Shown: positions 16,109-25,646 of the stretch, piece after piece
Position numbering within the stretch: position 1 is the first letter of the stretch
How the letters are laid out: each line of letters opens with the position of its first letter
Assembly: GCA_001468925.1 (NCBI GenBank)
Contig: LDIX01000003.1
Coordinates: forward strand, 3,018 to 67,017
Source: a candidate division TM6 bacterium UASB340
GTDB taxonomy: Bacteria; Babelota; Babeliae; Babelales; UASB340
Reading direction: 5' to 3'
Length of the DNA: 64,000 nt
Program-made: the position numbers and the translations under genes
The notes under the pieces: generated by a model
What the model saw: the letters and a program-made list of their open reading frames with translations, nothing else
Told to the model about the DNA's origin: nothing
The model's database searches: none

Positions 16109-16936
16109 TTAATTTAAATTAAATTCAATATATTGTGCATTTTCAATAATTTCATCTTTACTTAATCCCGACTTTTTTATACGCTCACTTGTGATTAATT
16201 TATTTAAAGATGTTCTAGAAAACAATGCTCTATGAATGTCGTCACCCATAGATATTGCTATTCCTTCTAATTTATAAAAATAATAAAACCAAATCTCATT
16301 TAATGTATTAGTATCGATTATATTTGAATGACAATTTCCAACCATATCTTCGATTATAAAATCAACCAAATCTTCAAGAGAACTATCGTCTTTTTTAAAT
16401 TTTTCATAATTTATTACAAACAACTGACAAAAAGTCACAAATAATGGATCTATAGCTCCAAAACTTGTATATTCTTTTTTAGCAATTTGTAAAACTTTTT
16501 CATTCAACTCTTCTATGTCTGTTCCATAATATTCATCATCTGCAAAAACTTGAGTAAATTCTTCTTTATTAAAATCTATTTTTTCAAAATTTTCATTTTC
16601 AGATTCAGAATTATAATTCTCAGGCTCACCCAAATCTTGGCCATAAAAAGTTTTACTTCTTTGTATTTTCCCAAATTTTGTTTTATTTGTTTGCAAATAA
16701 TCTTTTTCAACATCATCAGAAGATGATTCACTAAATTCATTTTTTTCTTCAGGAAGCTCACAAGATTCTACAAGCAGATTTATTCTTTTTTTATAATCTT
16801 GCGACGGTGTTGATTTCCTACCTGTTTCTGCTTTACGCTTTTCAAGTTTTTTTCTCATCATAGAATAGCTGTCTGTTGAAATAAAAAGACTTACAGCTAC
16901 TGCTAATAAAATTATTTTTTTATTTAAAATATTCAT
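16109..16936 (-). CDS. Secreted hypothetical protein, acidic (275 aa from the second ATG)
   Basis: Signal-peptide-like MNILNKKIILLAVAVSLFISTDSYS. Leader AATAAATGGAGATTTTTATGAA is shared with neighbouring genes. The track start at 16948 is an in-frame alternative. Confidence 0.55.
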   Translation of the reverse strand: MNILNKKIILLAVAVSLFISTDSYSMMRKKLEKRKAETGRKSTPSQDYKKRINLLVESCELPEEKNEFSESSSDDVEKDYLQTNKTKFGKIQRSKTFYGQDLGEPENYNSESENENFEKIDFNKEEFTQVFADDEYYGTDIEELNEKVLQIAKKEYTSFGAIDPLFVTFCQLFVINYEKFKKDDSSLEDLVDFIIEDMVGNCHSNIIDTNTLNEIWFYYFYKLEGIAISMGDDIHRALFSRTSLNKLITSERIKKSGLSKDEIIENAQYIEFNLN

Positions 16937-17057
16937 AAAAATCTCCATTTATTAATTTAATTAATTTTAAAAATTAATCAGAATCACTATCTTTACTAAA
17001 TTTTTTATACTGCTAAAAACCAAATATTAGTATTTTTTCACAGTTGTTTAAAAGAAA

Positions 17058-17450
17058 CTATTGATTTTCAGAATCTTTATTTTCCAATTCTTTATTCATA
17101 TCTTCTTTTATTTTATTAAACATATCCAAAAAATTTTTACATTCTTCAGGACATTCTTCATCATCACTTAATGAAAATTCATTGCCATACTCTGGCCATG
17201 TTTTATTTAAATCTTGTTTATCTGTTTTATAAAAAGTTTTTTTACGATTTTCAATTTCATCAATATCTATACTTTCTTTGAGTCTACTATTTTTAACAAT
17301 TTTACCAATATTACTTATTTTTTTTCTGCGTTCAAAATTTTGATTTTCATTTTCAGAATTGTTCATTGCACAAATTATAGAAAAAGTAAAAAATTCCAAA
17401 AAGATAAATCCAAATATTTTTTTATTAAATTTGATAAAATACCCCACCAA
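17058..17450 (-). CDS. Small secreted Lys/Glu/Asn-rich hypothetical protein, paralogue of 17468..17830
   Basis: Hydrophobic N-terminus KKIFGFIFLEFFTFSIICA. IDEIENRKKTFYK parallels IDEILNRKNRFGK in the neighbour. The start is uncertain: TTG at 17450 or GTG at 17447, and ATC at 17435 occupies the position where the paralogues have ATG. Confidence 0.45.
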   Translation of the reverse strand: MVGYFIKFNKKIFGFIFLEFFTFSIICAMNNSENENQNFERRKKISNIGKIVKNSRLKESIDIDEIENRKKTFYKTDKQDLNKTWPEYGNEFSLSDDEECPEECKNFLDMFNKIKEDMNKELENKDSENQ

Positions 17451-17467
17451 GCTTTAAGTTAATTTTT

Positions 17468-17830
17468 TTAATTTTTCCATTTTTTTACTTTTTTAGGATC
17501 AAGCAGTTCAGGATCAAAAGACTCTTCTTTTTTACCAAATCTATTTTTTCTATTTAAAATCTCATCTATAGTAGTTTTTGGTTTTTGCTCATCTTGAACA
17601 CTTTCAAACCTACTTTTTTTTGTTTTGTTATTTTTTTCATTAGTTTTATCTTCAATAGTTTTTTCTTCAGTTTCAGTATTCAATCTATAAAATGATTCAA
17701 ATTTTTTTTGTTTCTCTTCCCATTTTTTACTTATTTTTAGTAATTCTTTCATACTATCCATAGCAAAAGCATTGCCATAAATAGCTAGCCCAAAGACAAA
17801 AAAAACTATTTTTATATTTAAAATTTTCAT
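17468..17830 (-). CDS. Small secreted Lys/Glu-rich hypothetical protein
   Basis: Leader ATAAATGGGGGTTTTATGAAA. Signal peptide MKILNIKIVFFVFGLAIYGNAFA. Confidence 0.5.
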   Translation of the reverse strand: MKILNIKIVFFVFGLAIYGNAFAMDSMKELLKISKKWEEKQKKFESFYRLNTETEEKTIEDKTNEKNNKTKKSRFESVQDEQKPKTTIDEILNRKNRFGKKEESFDPELLDPKKVKKWKN

Positions 17831-17855
17831 AAAACCCCCATTTATATTTTTTAAT

Positions 17856-18722
17856 TTAATCATTTAATTGAATAATATTTCTTATATTTATTAAACGTGG
17901 CAAAATATTTATTCTCGTATTTGAAATATCTATTCGTCTAACATTCCTTAAATTCCACGGTATAAATTCCAAATTTCTGTTATCTGACAAATCCAAAGAT
18001 TGTAATGTATTAATATTTTCCAACACTTCCAAAGAGTTATCATGCTGCATAAATATTCTATTTCTAAAATTTCTATTAAAATAATATAAATTATTATTAG
18101 ATAAATTTATTCTTATCAATCCGTTTAATTCATCAAAATTTTCAGGTAAATATGTTATTCTATTTCCACTTAAATCAAGATTCTGTAACCCACGTCTAAT
18201 TAAACGCTGAATATACGGAACCAAAATTTCCAGCTGTCTTGAATTTAAATTAAAATTTGAAAGATTTAATAACCTTGCACCCTGATCATATCGCTCTATT
18301 ACCAGAGCTACATTATCTAAATAATCTATATCTAAATTCTGCATAATCCAATTTAAAGATGAATACCAATTACCTTGAAATCTAAACCACCAGGTATTCC
18401 AAGTAAAAGATAATCCACGATTACCCGGCAATACATTTTGTTGATATTCATCTGAGAAAAAAACCAATCTTGCCAAATCTTGATCTGTAAAATTAATGCG
18501 CTCTGGAGCTATAAGCCCAAAGTCGAATAGATCTGGAGTAACATTGATTTGTCCCAAAAAAGCTTGTCTCTGTTCTAAATTAAACGCTCTTTGTTGCTCT
18601 CTTCGCTCTAAAAGTTCTGTTGCAGTTATAAAACCGTTATTAAGATTATTAAGCGCTGATAAATTTAATATGCAAAAAAAGCCTAAAATAAAAAATTTCA
18701 CTTTTTTATCAAAAAATTTCAT
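17856..18722 (-). CDS. Secreted leucine-rich-repeat (LRR) protein
   Basis: Signal peptide MKFFDKKVKFFILGFFCILNLSA. Repeats of the LxxLxLxxNxL type (LQNLDLSGNRITYLPENF, LIRINLSNNNLYYF, LQSLDLSDNRNLEFIP). Confidence 0.8.
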   Translation of the reverse strand: MKFFDKKVKFFILGFFCILNLSALNNLNNGFITATELLERREQQRAFNLEQRQAFLGQINVTPDLFDFGLIAPERINFTDQDLARLVFFSDEYQQNVLPGNRGLSFTWNTWWFRFQGNWYSSLNWIMQNLDIDYLDNVALVIERYDQGARLLNLSNFNLNSRQLEILVPYIQRLIRRGLQNLDLSGNRITYLPENFDELNGLIRINLSNNNLYYFNRNFRNRIFMQHDNSLEVLENINTLQSLDLSDNRNLEFIPWNLRNVRRIDISNTRINILPRLINIRNIIQLND

Positions 18723-18866
18723 AAAATCTCCATTTATATTTATTTATATTTAACTAAATTAAACACTAAGTAAATTATGACACATAAGAAAACATTTACA
18801 AATGGAAATAAGTAATAGCCTAAAAACAGTATTTTTAGGTGAAAAAACACGTTTTTTACTTAAAAA

Positions 18867-19151
18867 TCAATCAAATGATCGCATTAAATCCATTAATTCA
18901 TATGATTCCGATTCAGTTTTTAGACCGGATTGTTTGGATTTTATTTTTTTAAAATTAGGAATAGATAAAGATCTTTTAATTTCATCTAATTCTTTTTTAC
19001 TCATATTTTCGAATATTTTTTTAAGTATTGTGGCTTCATTATCGTCTGGATTATTTATGACACTTTTTGAACGATCCATACAATTTGACCTAAAACCAAC
19101 AAAAATCGCTAAAAATGCATAAAAATATATAGTTTTTATTAAAATTTTCAT
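18867..19151 (-). CDS. Small secreted hypothetical protein (94 aa from the internal ATG)
   Basis: GGAGTTTTATGAAAATT leader. Signal-like MKILIKTIYFYAFLAIFVGFRSNC. The track start at 19235 adds 28 unlikely residues. Confidence 0.45.
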   Translation of the reverse strand: MKILIKTIYFYAFLAIFVGFRSNCMDRSKSVINNPDDNEATILKKIFENMSKKELDEIKRSLSIPNFKKIKSKQSGLKTESESYELMDLMRSFD

Positions 19152-19284
19152 AAAACTCCAAAATTTTTGTGTGTTTATTTTCAAGAAATACCAAAAAACG
19201 AACTTATATGGTACGTTTTTTTGCAAAAAAATCAATATTTTTTATACTTAGAAAATATAAAAAAATTATAAATAAGAGGTAAAA

Positions 19285-20415
19285 ATGGCAATTCAAGCAG
19301 GTTTAGTTGGGCTTCCAAATGTTGGTAAATCAACACTTTTTAATGCACTTACAAAAGCAGGCATTCCTGCAGAAAATTATCCATTTTGTACAATAGACCC
19401 ACACATTGCAATAACAAATGTACCTGATAAAAGATTGGAAAAATTGGCACAAATATTTGGTTCTCAAAAAATCATACCTACCAGTGTGCAATTTTGTGAT
19501 ATTGCAGGACTTGTAAAAGGTGCTGCAACAGGTGAAGGGCTTGGAAACCAGTTTTTATCAAATATTATGGGGGTAGATCTAATAATTCATGTATTGCGTT
19601 GTTTTGAAGATAAAAATGTAATGCATGTTCACGATCACCTTGATCCAATAGATGATTTTGAAGTAATTACTTCCGAATTAATGTTAAAAGATTTAGAATC
19701 GTTAGAAAAAAAAGAAGAAAAATTGAACGCTTTATTAAAAAGTGCAAAAAATAAAAATTTCACACCGGCACAAGTAAAAGAGCTTGAGCAGGAACTTGAG
19801 TTAGTCTTAAAAATTAAAAAATTTATAGGCTCAGGAGATTTTTACGCAGTTCAAAAAACCGTAAAAGAATATGCTCTAAATAATATAAAAACAGTAGATC
19901 TTTTAAGTGCAAAAAATTTTATAATAGTTGCAAATATTTCTGAAGATGATTTACAGAACAAAAACTATCTAAATAATGAATATTATAAAAAATTAGTAGA
20001 AAAATTTGGCGCCGATAAAGTTATAGCAATATCTGCAAAAATTGAATCTGAGCTATCTTTATTATCAGATGAAGATAAAAAAGAAATGCTTGAATCTTTA
20101 GATATTGAAGAATCCGGTCTTGATAAAATTATAAGACTTACTTATAAAAATTTAGGTTTAATTACATTTTTTACATGTGGGCCAAAAGAAGCTCACGCTT
20201 GGAGTTTGCGTCAAAATACAAAAGTCCCTCAAGCTGCCGGAGAAATTCATTCTGATTTGGAAAGAGGCTTTATTTGCGCTGTTGTTTATAATTACACAGA
20301 TATTGTAGAAGCAGGAAGTGAAGCTAAACTTCGAGATACCGGTAAAATGCGTACAGAAGGTAAAGATTATATTGTAAAAGATGGCGACTTGCTTTTAATA
20401 AGATTTAACGTTTAA
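19285..20415 (+). CDS. ychF: ribosome-binding ATPase YchF
   Basis: G1 motif GLPNVGKSTLFNA, a coiled-coil insertion, and a C-terminal TGS-type domain ending DGDLLLIRFNV. Confidence 0.92.
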   Translation: MAIQAGLVGLPNVGKSTLFNALTKAGIPAENYPFCTIDPHIAITNVPDKRLEKLAQIFGSQKIIPTSVQFCDIAGLVKGAATGEGLGNQFLSNIMGVDLIIHVLRCFEDKNVMHVHDHLDPIDDFEVITSELMLKDLESLEKKEEKLNALLKSAKNKNFTPAQVKELEQELELVLKIKKFIGSGDFYAVQKTVKEYALNNIKTVDLLSAKNFIIVANISEDDLQNKNYLNNEYYKKLVEKFGADKVIAISAKIESELSLLSDEDKKEMLESLDIEESGLDKIIRLTYKNLGLITFFTCGPKEAHAWSLRQNTKVPQAAGEIHSDLERGFICAVVYNYTDIVEAGSEAKLRDTGKMRTEGKDYIVKDGDLLLIRFNV

Positions 20416-22301
20416 GAATTTAAACTTTCCCATAGAGCTAAATTTTCGTTTAGCTCTTTTTCTATTTTATTCATGCTATCAAAAGTACTTTTATATTCCT
20501 GAGAACCGTATTCTAAATTTTCAAATTTTTTGGTTAATTCTTCAAGCTCTTTTTCAAGTTTATCTATTTTAGATTCTAAATTTCTAATTTTTTTTCTTTT
20601 TTCATAATCTGCAATACCTGAATTACTGTTTAAATTACGAACTAACAAATTTTGAGAAGCTTTTTTTACTTTAGATTCAATAACTTGAGCGTCATGTAAA
20701 ATCTCTTTTTGAGCATTCTTTTGAACCAAAAAAGCGTCGTAATTTCCTTTATATTTATAGCTGGAATCTTGTTTTAATTCTATTATCGAAGTTGCCAAAT
20801 TATTTAAAAAATCTCGATCATGAGAAACAAATAAAATAGTTCCCGAATAATCTTTTAGAACTTGTAATAAAACTTCTTTGGATTGAATATCCAAGTGGTT
20901 TGTTGGCTCGTCTAAAATTAAAAAATTGGCATCTGCTAATAAAACTTTTACCATTGCCACTCTGTTTTTTTCGCCGCCACTAAGCACAGAAATATATTTT
21001 TCAACATCTTCACCTGAAAACAAAAAGGCTCCGAGATAAGCTCTAACTTTTTGTCTTTGCTCTGTAGTCTTGCAAGCAGACTCGACTTCAGTCAAAATAT
21101 CATTTTTAGGATTTAAAGATTTATTTTGATCTTGTTCAAAAAATGCCGGAAAAGTATTATATCCAAACTCAAATGAACCTGAATCTGCTTTTAATTTTGA
21201 CATAATTACATTTAATAAAGTTGATTTACCTTGTCCATTTGGAGCTACAATTGCAACCTTTTCGCCTCTTTCAATTTCAAATGAAACATTTTCAAATATT
21301 TTTTTCTCACCAAAATATTTTGATAATTTTTTTACAATCAAACCTATTTTTCCGCTTTTTTTTATTTCACCAAAATTTATTCGAACGGTTTTTTGTCCCG
21401 GTTCAAGTTTTATAATTTCAATTTTTTCTAACGCCTTTAACTTGCTTTGCGCCATACTGGATTTTGTGGCACTTGCTCTGAACCGATCGATAACGGCCAT
21501 TTCTTTTTTCAAAAATTTTTGTTGCTCTATATATTTTTTTTCTAAAAGCTCTTCTCTTTCTTTTTTTTGAATCAAGTAGCTTGAATAATTTCCAGTATAT
21601 ATATTAAGTTTTCCAAGTGATAGTTCATAAATTTGTGTACATAATTTATCTAAAAAATATTTATCATGAGAAACGAGCATAAATCCAAAATTTGAATTTT
21701 TTAAGAAGCTTAAAAACCAATCTTTAGCTGTCAAATCCAAATGATTTGTAGGTTCATCAAGTAAATAAAAGTCAGCTTTTTGCAGTAATAGTTTTGCCAA
21801 AACCAAACGCATTTTCCAACCGACAGATAGAGTTGAGACTGAATTTTCAAGATCTTTTTCTAAAAATCCCAAACCTAATAAAATATTTTTGGATTCAAGA
21901 ATCTTTTTTTGATAATCAAATTCATCAAGTTTATGGTGTAACTCGGCATAACGCTCAACTATTTTTGTATCGTTATTTTCAAGTTGTTTTTCTAATTCCC
22001 AAAATTCATAAATTAAATCGCCAAGATTATTATTAAAACTGTTAATACATTCAATTAATATTGATTTTTCAGAAACCAAGACAACGTTTTGTGGCAAATA
22101 TGCAACTTTTTTATCTTTTTGTGTTTCTATAAAACCGGAATCAAAACCTGATTGACCGGATATTATTGAAAGTAATGTCGTTTTACCGGCACCATTTCGT
22201 CCGACAAGGCCTATTCGCTGGTCTGTATTTAATGTAAACGAAATATTATCAAATATTACCTGTGAACCAAAATTTAAATTTAAATCTTTTGCAATAAACA
22301 T
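20412..22301 (-). CDS. ABC-F family ATPase (two ABC cassettes, no TM domain, C-terminal coiled coil)
   Basis: Walker A motifs GRNGAGKTT and APNGQGKST, signatures LSVGW/LSGGE, and a Lys/Glu-rich C-terminal tail as in Uup/YheS-type ABC-F proteins. Shares TTAA with the ychF stop. Confidence 0.88.
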   Translation of the reverse strand: MFIAKDLNLNFGSQVIFDNISFTLNTDQRIGLVGRNGAGKTTLLSIISGQSGFDSGFIETQKDKKVAYLPQNVVLVSEKSILIECINSFNNNLGDLIYEFWELEKQLENNDTKIVERYAELHHKLDEFDYQKKILESKNILLGLGFLEKDLENSVSTLSVGWKMRLVLAKLLLQKADFYLLDEPTNHLDLTAKDWFLSFLKNSNFGFMLVSHDKYFLDKLCTQIYELSLGKLNIYTGNYSSYLIQKKEREELLEKKYIEQQKFLKKEMAVIDRFRASATKSSMAQSKLKALEKIEIIKLEPGQKTVRINFGEIKKSGKIGLIVKKLSKYFGEKKIFENVSFEIERGEKVAIVAPNGQGKSTLLNVIMSKLKADSGSFEFGYNTFPAFFEQDQNKSLNPKNDILTEVESACKTTEQRQKVRAYLGAFLFSGEDVEKYISVLSGGEKNRVAMVKVLLADANFLILDEPTNHLDIQSKEVLLQVLKDYSGTILFVSHDRDFLNNLATSIIELKQDSSYKYKGNYDAFLVQKNAQKEILHDAQVIESKVKKASQNLLVRNLNSNSGIADYEKRKKIRNLESKIDKLEKELEELTKKFENLEYGSQEYKSTFDSMNKIEKELNENLALWESLNS

Positions 22302-22310
22302 TAAAAGCCT

Positions 22311-23456
22311 TTATACAGCAATCCCACGTTTTTTAAGACTCTTTTGAGAATAAAAGATTCTTTTACTTTGTTCAAGCGCCTCTTTTTGCAAAAGATAATA
22401 AAAAAACTCACGATCAGGGCCTTTAACAACTGCAGCTTCATGAGCTTGAGCTAAAACTACCGGATAACCCATCCCCTTTTCAACCTGATCAAGAGCAATA
22501 GATGCAATAAAATCAAGTTTACTACTATCATTTACAATCCATGAAAAAGTTTCAACACGAATAATCTCTTTTTCCGTATTTAAATAAAAAAAACATGGTT
22601 TTAGATGTTCCGGATAAGAATCTACAATTTTAGATTTACTAAAAAAAATAGTTGATCGATAATTTTTTGGTAAAAAAAATTTTGTAACCTGTGAATCTAT
22701 TAAACTATCAACAACTTTACATGGAAAATCGTTATAAATCCTGTGACATGATATGCATTCTGCATAATCGAATCGACACAATCCAAGCTTTATAAGATTT
22801 ACAAGCTCACGACTTTTTGGAAAACTTATAACTCCTGCAATTAGCTTATTTTGTTCATAAAATTTATTTAAAATATTTATATATAAATTCAAAAAAAAAT
22901 TTTTAACTTCATCTACTTTGCCTTCCAACGGCCAAAAAATTACAGTTCCATCAACTAATGATAAATCAATATTGTTTTCTACTGACAACTCAAGTAAACG
23001 CGAAAGCTCTAATTCTTCACGCTTAAAATCTACCAAATCTTGAGAAAAAGAAATTTTCTCATTTTTATCAATAAGCTTTTGTGTTAAAAAAAGTTTAGGT
23101 TCTGAATAAAATTTAACTTCACTTTTGTCAGAATATTTTATACTACACCCACCAATATTTATTAAAAAGCATCCGGCTCCGGATATGTTTCTGTCAGGAT
23201 ATATTTGGGATCCATCGATTGCAATAACAGAATAATCTGTTTCAATTTTATTAACCTTAAAAATATTAGATAAATTATTTTGCCAAGATGGCAACAGAAA
23301 ACTACTTTTTGATAACTCAACCTTTTCTTTAAAATTATCTTGATTGGATATTTTGTCCCAAGTTTTTTGTGCTATATCAGACTCATAAGCCAAATTGGGA
23401 AAAAGCTTTTCTGAAACTTTTTTAAATTCTATTAAAAGACTATTTTTATTAAGCAT
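22311..23456 (-). CDS. NurA-like nuclease domain protein (tentative)
   Basis: VIAIDGSQIYPD and LSLVDGTVIFWP resemble the two Asp-bearing DGS/DGT motifs of NurA. The C-terminal GYPVVLAQAHEAAVV resembles the YP..L..A(D/H) motif. Both judged from memory. Confidence 0.45.
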   Translation of the reverse strand: MLNKNSLLIEFKKVSEKLFPNLAYESDIAQKTWDKISNQDNFKEKVELSKSSFLLPSWQNNLSNIFKVNKIETDYSVIAIDGSQIYPDRNISGAGCFLINIGGCSIKYSDKSEVKFYSEPKLFLTQKLIDKNEKISFSQDLVDFKREELELSRLLELSVENNIDLSLVDGTVIFWPLEGKVDEVKNFFLNLYINILNKFYEQNKLIAGVISFPKSRELVNLIKLGLCRFDYAECISCHRIYNDFPCKVVDSLIDSQVTKFFLPKNYRSTIFFSKSKIVDSYPEHLKPCFFYLNTEKEIIRVETFSWIVNDSSKLDFIASIALDQVEKGMGYPVVLAQAHEAAVVKGPDREFFYYLLQKEALEQSKRIFYSQKSLKKRGIAV

Positions 23457-23469
23457 AAAAACACCTAAA

Positions 23470-23513
23470 ATAATTAAGGGATGTCACAAGTTAATGTAAC
23501 ATCCCTTAATTAT
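23470..23513 (-). terminator. Hairpin ATAATTAAGGGATGT-14 nt-ACATCCCTTAATTAT after the 23542 gene
   Basis: Perfect 15-bp inverted repeat between two co-directional genes. Confidence 0.55.
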
Positions 23514-23541
23514 TTGTCTTTAATAAAATAATTTTTTAGAA

Positions 23542-24078
23542 TTATTCAGATTTATTTTTTAATGAATCAATTTTCTCAGTTAATTCATCAATCTTATCTG
23601 ATAATTTATCAAGTTTATTTTCTATATTTTCAATTTTTTCATTTGTAACGTTAGATTTTCCACCCTCAACAGTAACTTCTTCATACTTAATTGTTGTCTT
23701 TTCATCTTGAGTATTAGAATCTTCTTCTTCAACCTGAGGTATAGTATCTTTCTTTATTAACTCATCAACAGCCTTTTCAGATTCTTTTAAATCTTGAGTT
23801 TTCAACTCTTGAGTTGCTAATTCAGAAGTAGTATCGGGCTGAGCTTCTTTTACATCAGCAAAAACATCCACAGATTTTTGATCAACCGAAACATCACCAA
23901 AATTAATTTCCGGCGCTTTATCTATATCTTGATCTATCTCTTGAGCCAGATCAACTGCACTATTAATCGTAGCAGTCTCATCCGGTTGAGTTATATCTGC
24001 AACTTGTGATTTTGCACTAAAATCAAGAGTGCCAAAAACAAACAGTAACATAAAAATATTTTTACTAATCTTATTCAT
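23542..24078 (-). CDS. Secreted acidic protein with a C-terminal coiled coil
   Basis: GGGGAG RBS, signal peptide MNKISKNIFMLLFVFGTLDFSA, Asp/Glu/Gln/Thr-rich body, and a heptad-like tail NIENKLDKLSDKIDELTEKIDSLK. Confidence 0.55.
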   Translation of the reverse strand: MNKISKNIFMLLFVFGTLDFSAKSQVADITQPDETATINSAVDLAQEIDQDIDKAPEINFGDVSVDQKSVDVFADVKEAQPDTTSELATQELKTQDLKESEKAVDELIKKDTIPQVEEEDSNTQDEKTTIKYEEVTVEGGKSNVTNEKIENIENKLDKLSDKIDELTEKIDSLKNKSE

Positions 24079-24193
24079 AGAATACTCCCCAATAAAATTT
24101 AAAAATAGTATAATATCTAAATACAGTATATTACAAATAGAATTATATTTGCAATATAAATAATAAAAAAACTATATTTTTTAAAAAAAATAG

Positions 24194-24829
24194 CTAATTT
24201 TGATTGTTTCGATAGATAAAAAATTGACCCAAAAACACTAAATTTACCAAAATTCCACGAAAATTGTTCACAATTAGAGGTATTGGTATATTCAAAAGAA
24301 AATTTGCCGAAATTTCACAAAAATTAGCGCTAAGAGATATTAAAATAAAATAAAAACTAAAACCATGTACTGACTTATTTCTGTAAATTTTAAATATTTG
24401 CGGTAATTTTTTCCAAAAGCCAATTCCCACAGGAATCCATCCAATTAAATATGCATAGGAATAAAATTTAAAATATATTAAGTAACCAATAAAAAACAAA
24501 ATAAATATATTTAAAATAAAAATAGAAAAAAATTTTATTTCTTTATCCAAATTATTCTGAGAATATTTAAATCGTTGAAATATAATAAAGCTAACTAAAA
24601 ACGTATAGATTATATTAATTATTTTATAACCAATTGGTAAATTGTTTGCAAAGCTATAAATAAGATAAAAATAACCGGAATTTAGTAATGTCAAAATAAA
24701 AACAGTACTAAGACCATTTGTAGATTTTATTTTATAATTCAATAAAATTTGTGGTATAAGACTCGAAATAAAAAATAAATTAGAAACAATAATTAAAAAA
24801 TTTGCTAAAAATATTTTGTTTAAAAGCAT
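24194..24829 (-). CDS. 7-TM PQ-loop repeat transporter, paralogue 1
   Basis: Two PQ-loop motifs: LIPQILLNYKIKSTNGLS and KLPQIFKIYRNKSVHGFS. About 7 hydrophobic segments. Confidence 0.8.
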   Translation of the reverse strand: MLLNKIFLANFLIIVSNLFFISSLIPQILLNYKIKSTNGLSTVFILTLLNSGYFYLIYSFANNLPIGYKIINIIYTFLVSFIIFQRFKYSQNNLDKEIKFFSIFILNIFILFFIGYLIYFKFYSYAYLIGWIPVGIGFWKKLPQIFKIYRNKSVHGFSFYFILISLSANFCEISANFLLNIPIPLIVNNFRGILVNLVFLGQFFIYRNNQN

Positions 24830-24831
24830 GC

Positions 24832-25524
24832 TTAATCTTGCTTAACTTCCAAAGGTAATAATTCCGGTTTATCTAAAATATAGTTGTGTCTAAATTTATA
24901 ATTCCAAAATTGAAAAATAAATATGAAATATACTAACACACCTCTGGATGCAATCAAGTGCGTTTGCAATGGAAGATTCAATAAATATGCAGCAAACCAA
25001 TCAATCATATTTCCAATTCCTACAAAAGATACTAAAAAAAAGCTAAACCCTTCGACAGATTTAGTCCTTTGTATCTTTAATAACTGAGGAATTTGATAGA
25101 CTGACCATATTATAACCAAAGCCCAACCAATGATATGCCCGGCAATAATTGGGTTTAAATTTAAAATAAAAGATACAAAAATTAAAAATAAAAAATTATA
25201 TAAATACATATTTTTTATTTTAGTATTCAAACTATCGCGACCATATAAAAATCTTTGATAAACCAAAATAGATATTACAAATAATGCCAAAGTCGATCTA
25301 ATTTTATAAGCTAAATGAAAATTTAAAGAGAACATGTATAAAACATTAAAAACATAACCGTCAAAATAAAACATTATATAGAGGTCACTCAAGCCTCTTA
25401 TTGATTTATTTTTGTAATTTAAATAAACCTGAGGCCAAACAGCAAGAACAAAGAAAATATTGACAACCCAGGTGATTATGGTTGTCAATAATGAAGCGTT
25501 AGTCACTTTGGCCCCCCAAGACAA
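24832..25524 (-). CDS. 7-TM PQ-loop repeat transporter, paralogue 2
   Basis: VWPQVYLNYKNKSIRGLS and QIPQLLKIQRTKSVEGFS. TTG start with an AGGGAAG RBS. Its stop is 2 nt before the paralogue 1 ATG. Confidence 0.8.
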   Translation of the reverse strand: MSWGAKVTNASLLTTIITWVVNIFFVLAVWPQVYLNYKNKSIRGLSDLYIMFYFDGYVFNVLYMFSLNFHLAYKIRSTLALFVISILVYQRFLYGRDSLNTKIKNMYLYNFLFLIFVSFILNLNPIIAGHIIGWALVIIWSVYQIPQLLKIQRTKSVEGFSFFLVSFVGIGNMIDWFAAYLLNLPLQTHLIASRGVLVYFIFIFQFWNYKFRHNYILDKPELLPLEVKQD

Positions 25525-25646
25525 CTTTTACTTCCCTAAAAATTTTCCCCCTCACAATGGTAGTATAAAATTTATCCATATTTAAAAACAAGTTTTTTTA
25601 TTTTTTAATATTTTACTTTTAAATAAATGGTTTTTAGTAATTTTAA

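Noticed and set aside
20412-20415. Overlapping or abutting convergent gene ends (ychF/ABC-F share TTAA; dnaJ/pilB-like are 5 nt apart) as a possible regulatory antisense arrangement
   Set aside because: This is most simply explained by genome compaction. No structure or motif specific to these junctions was visible.
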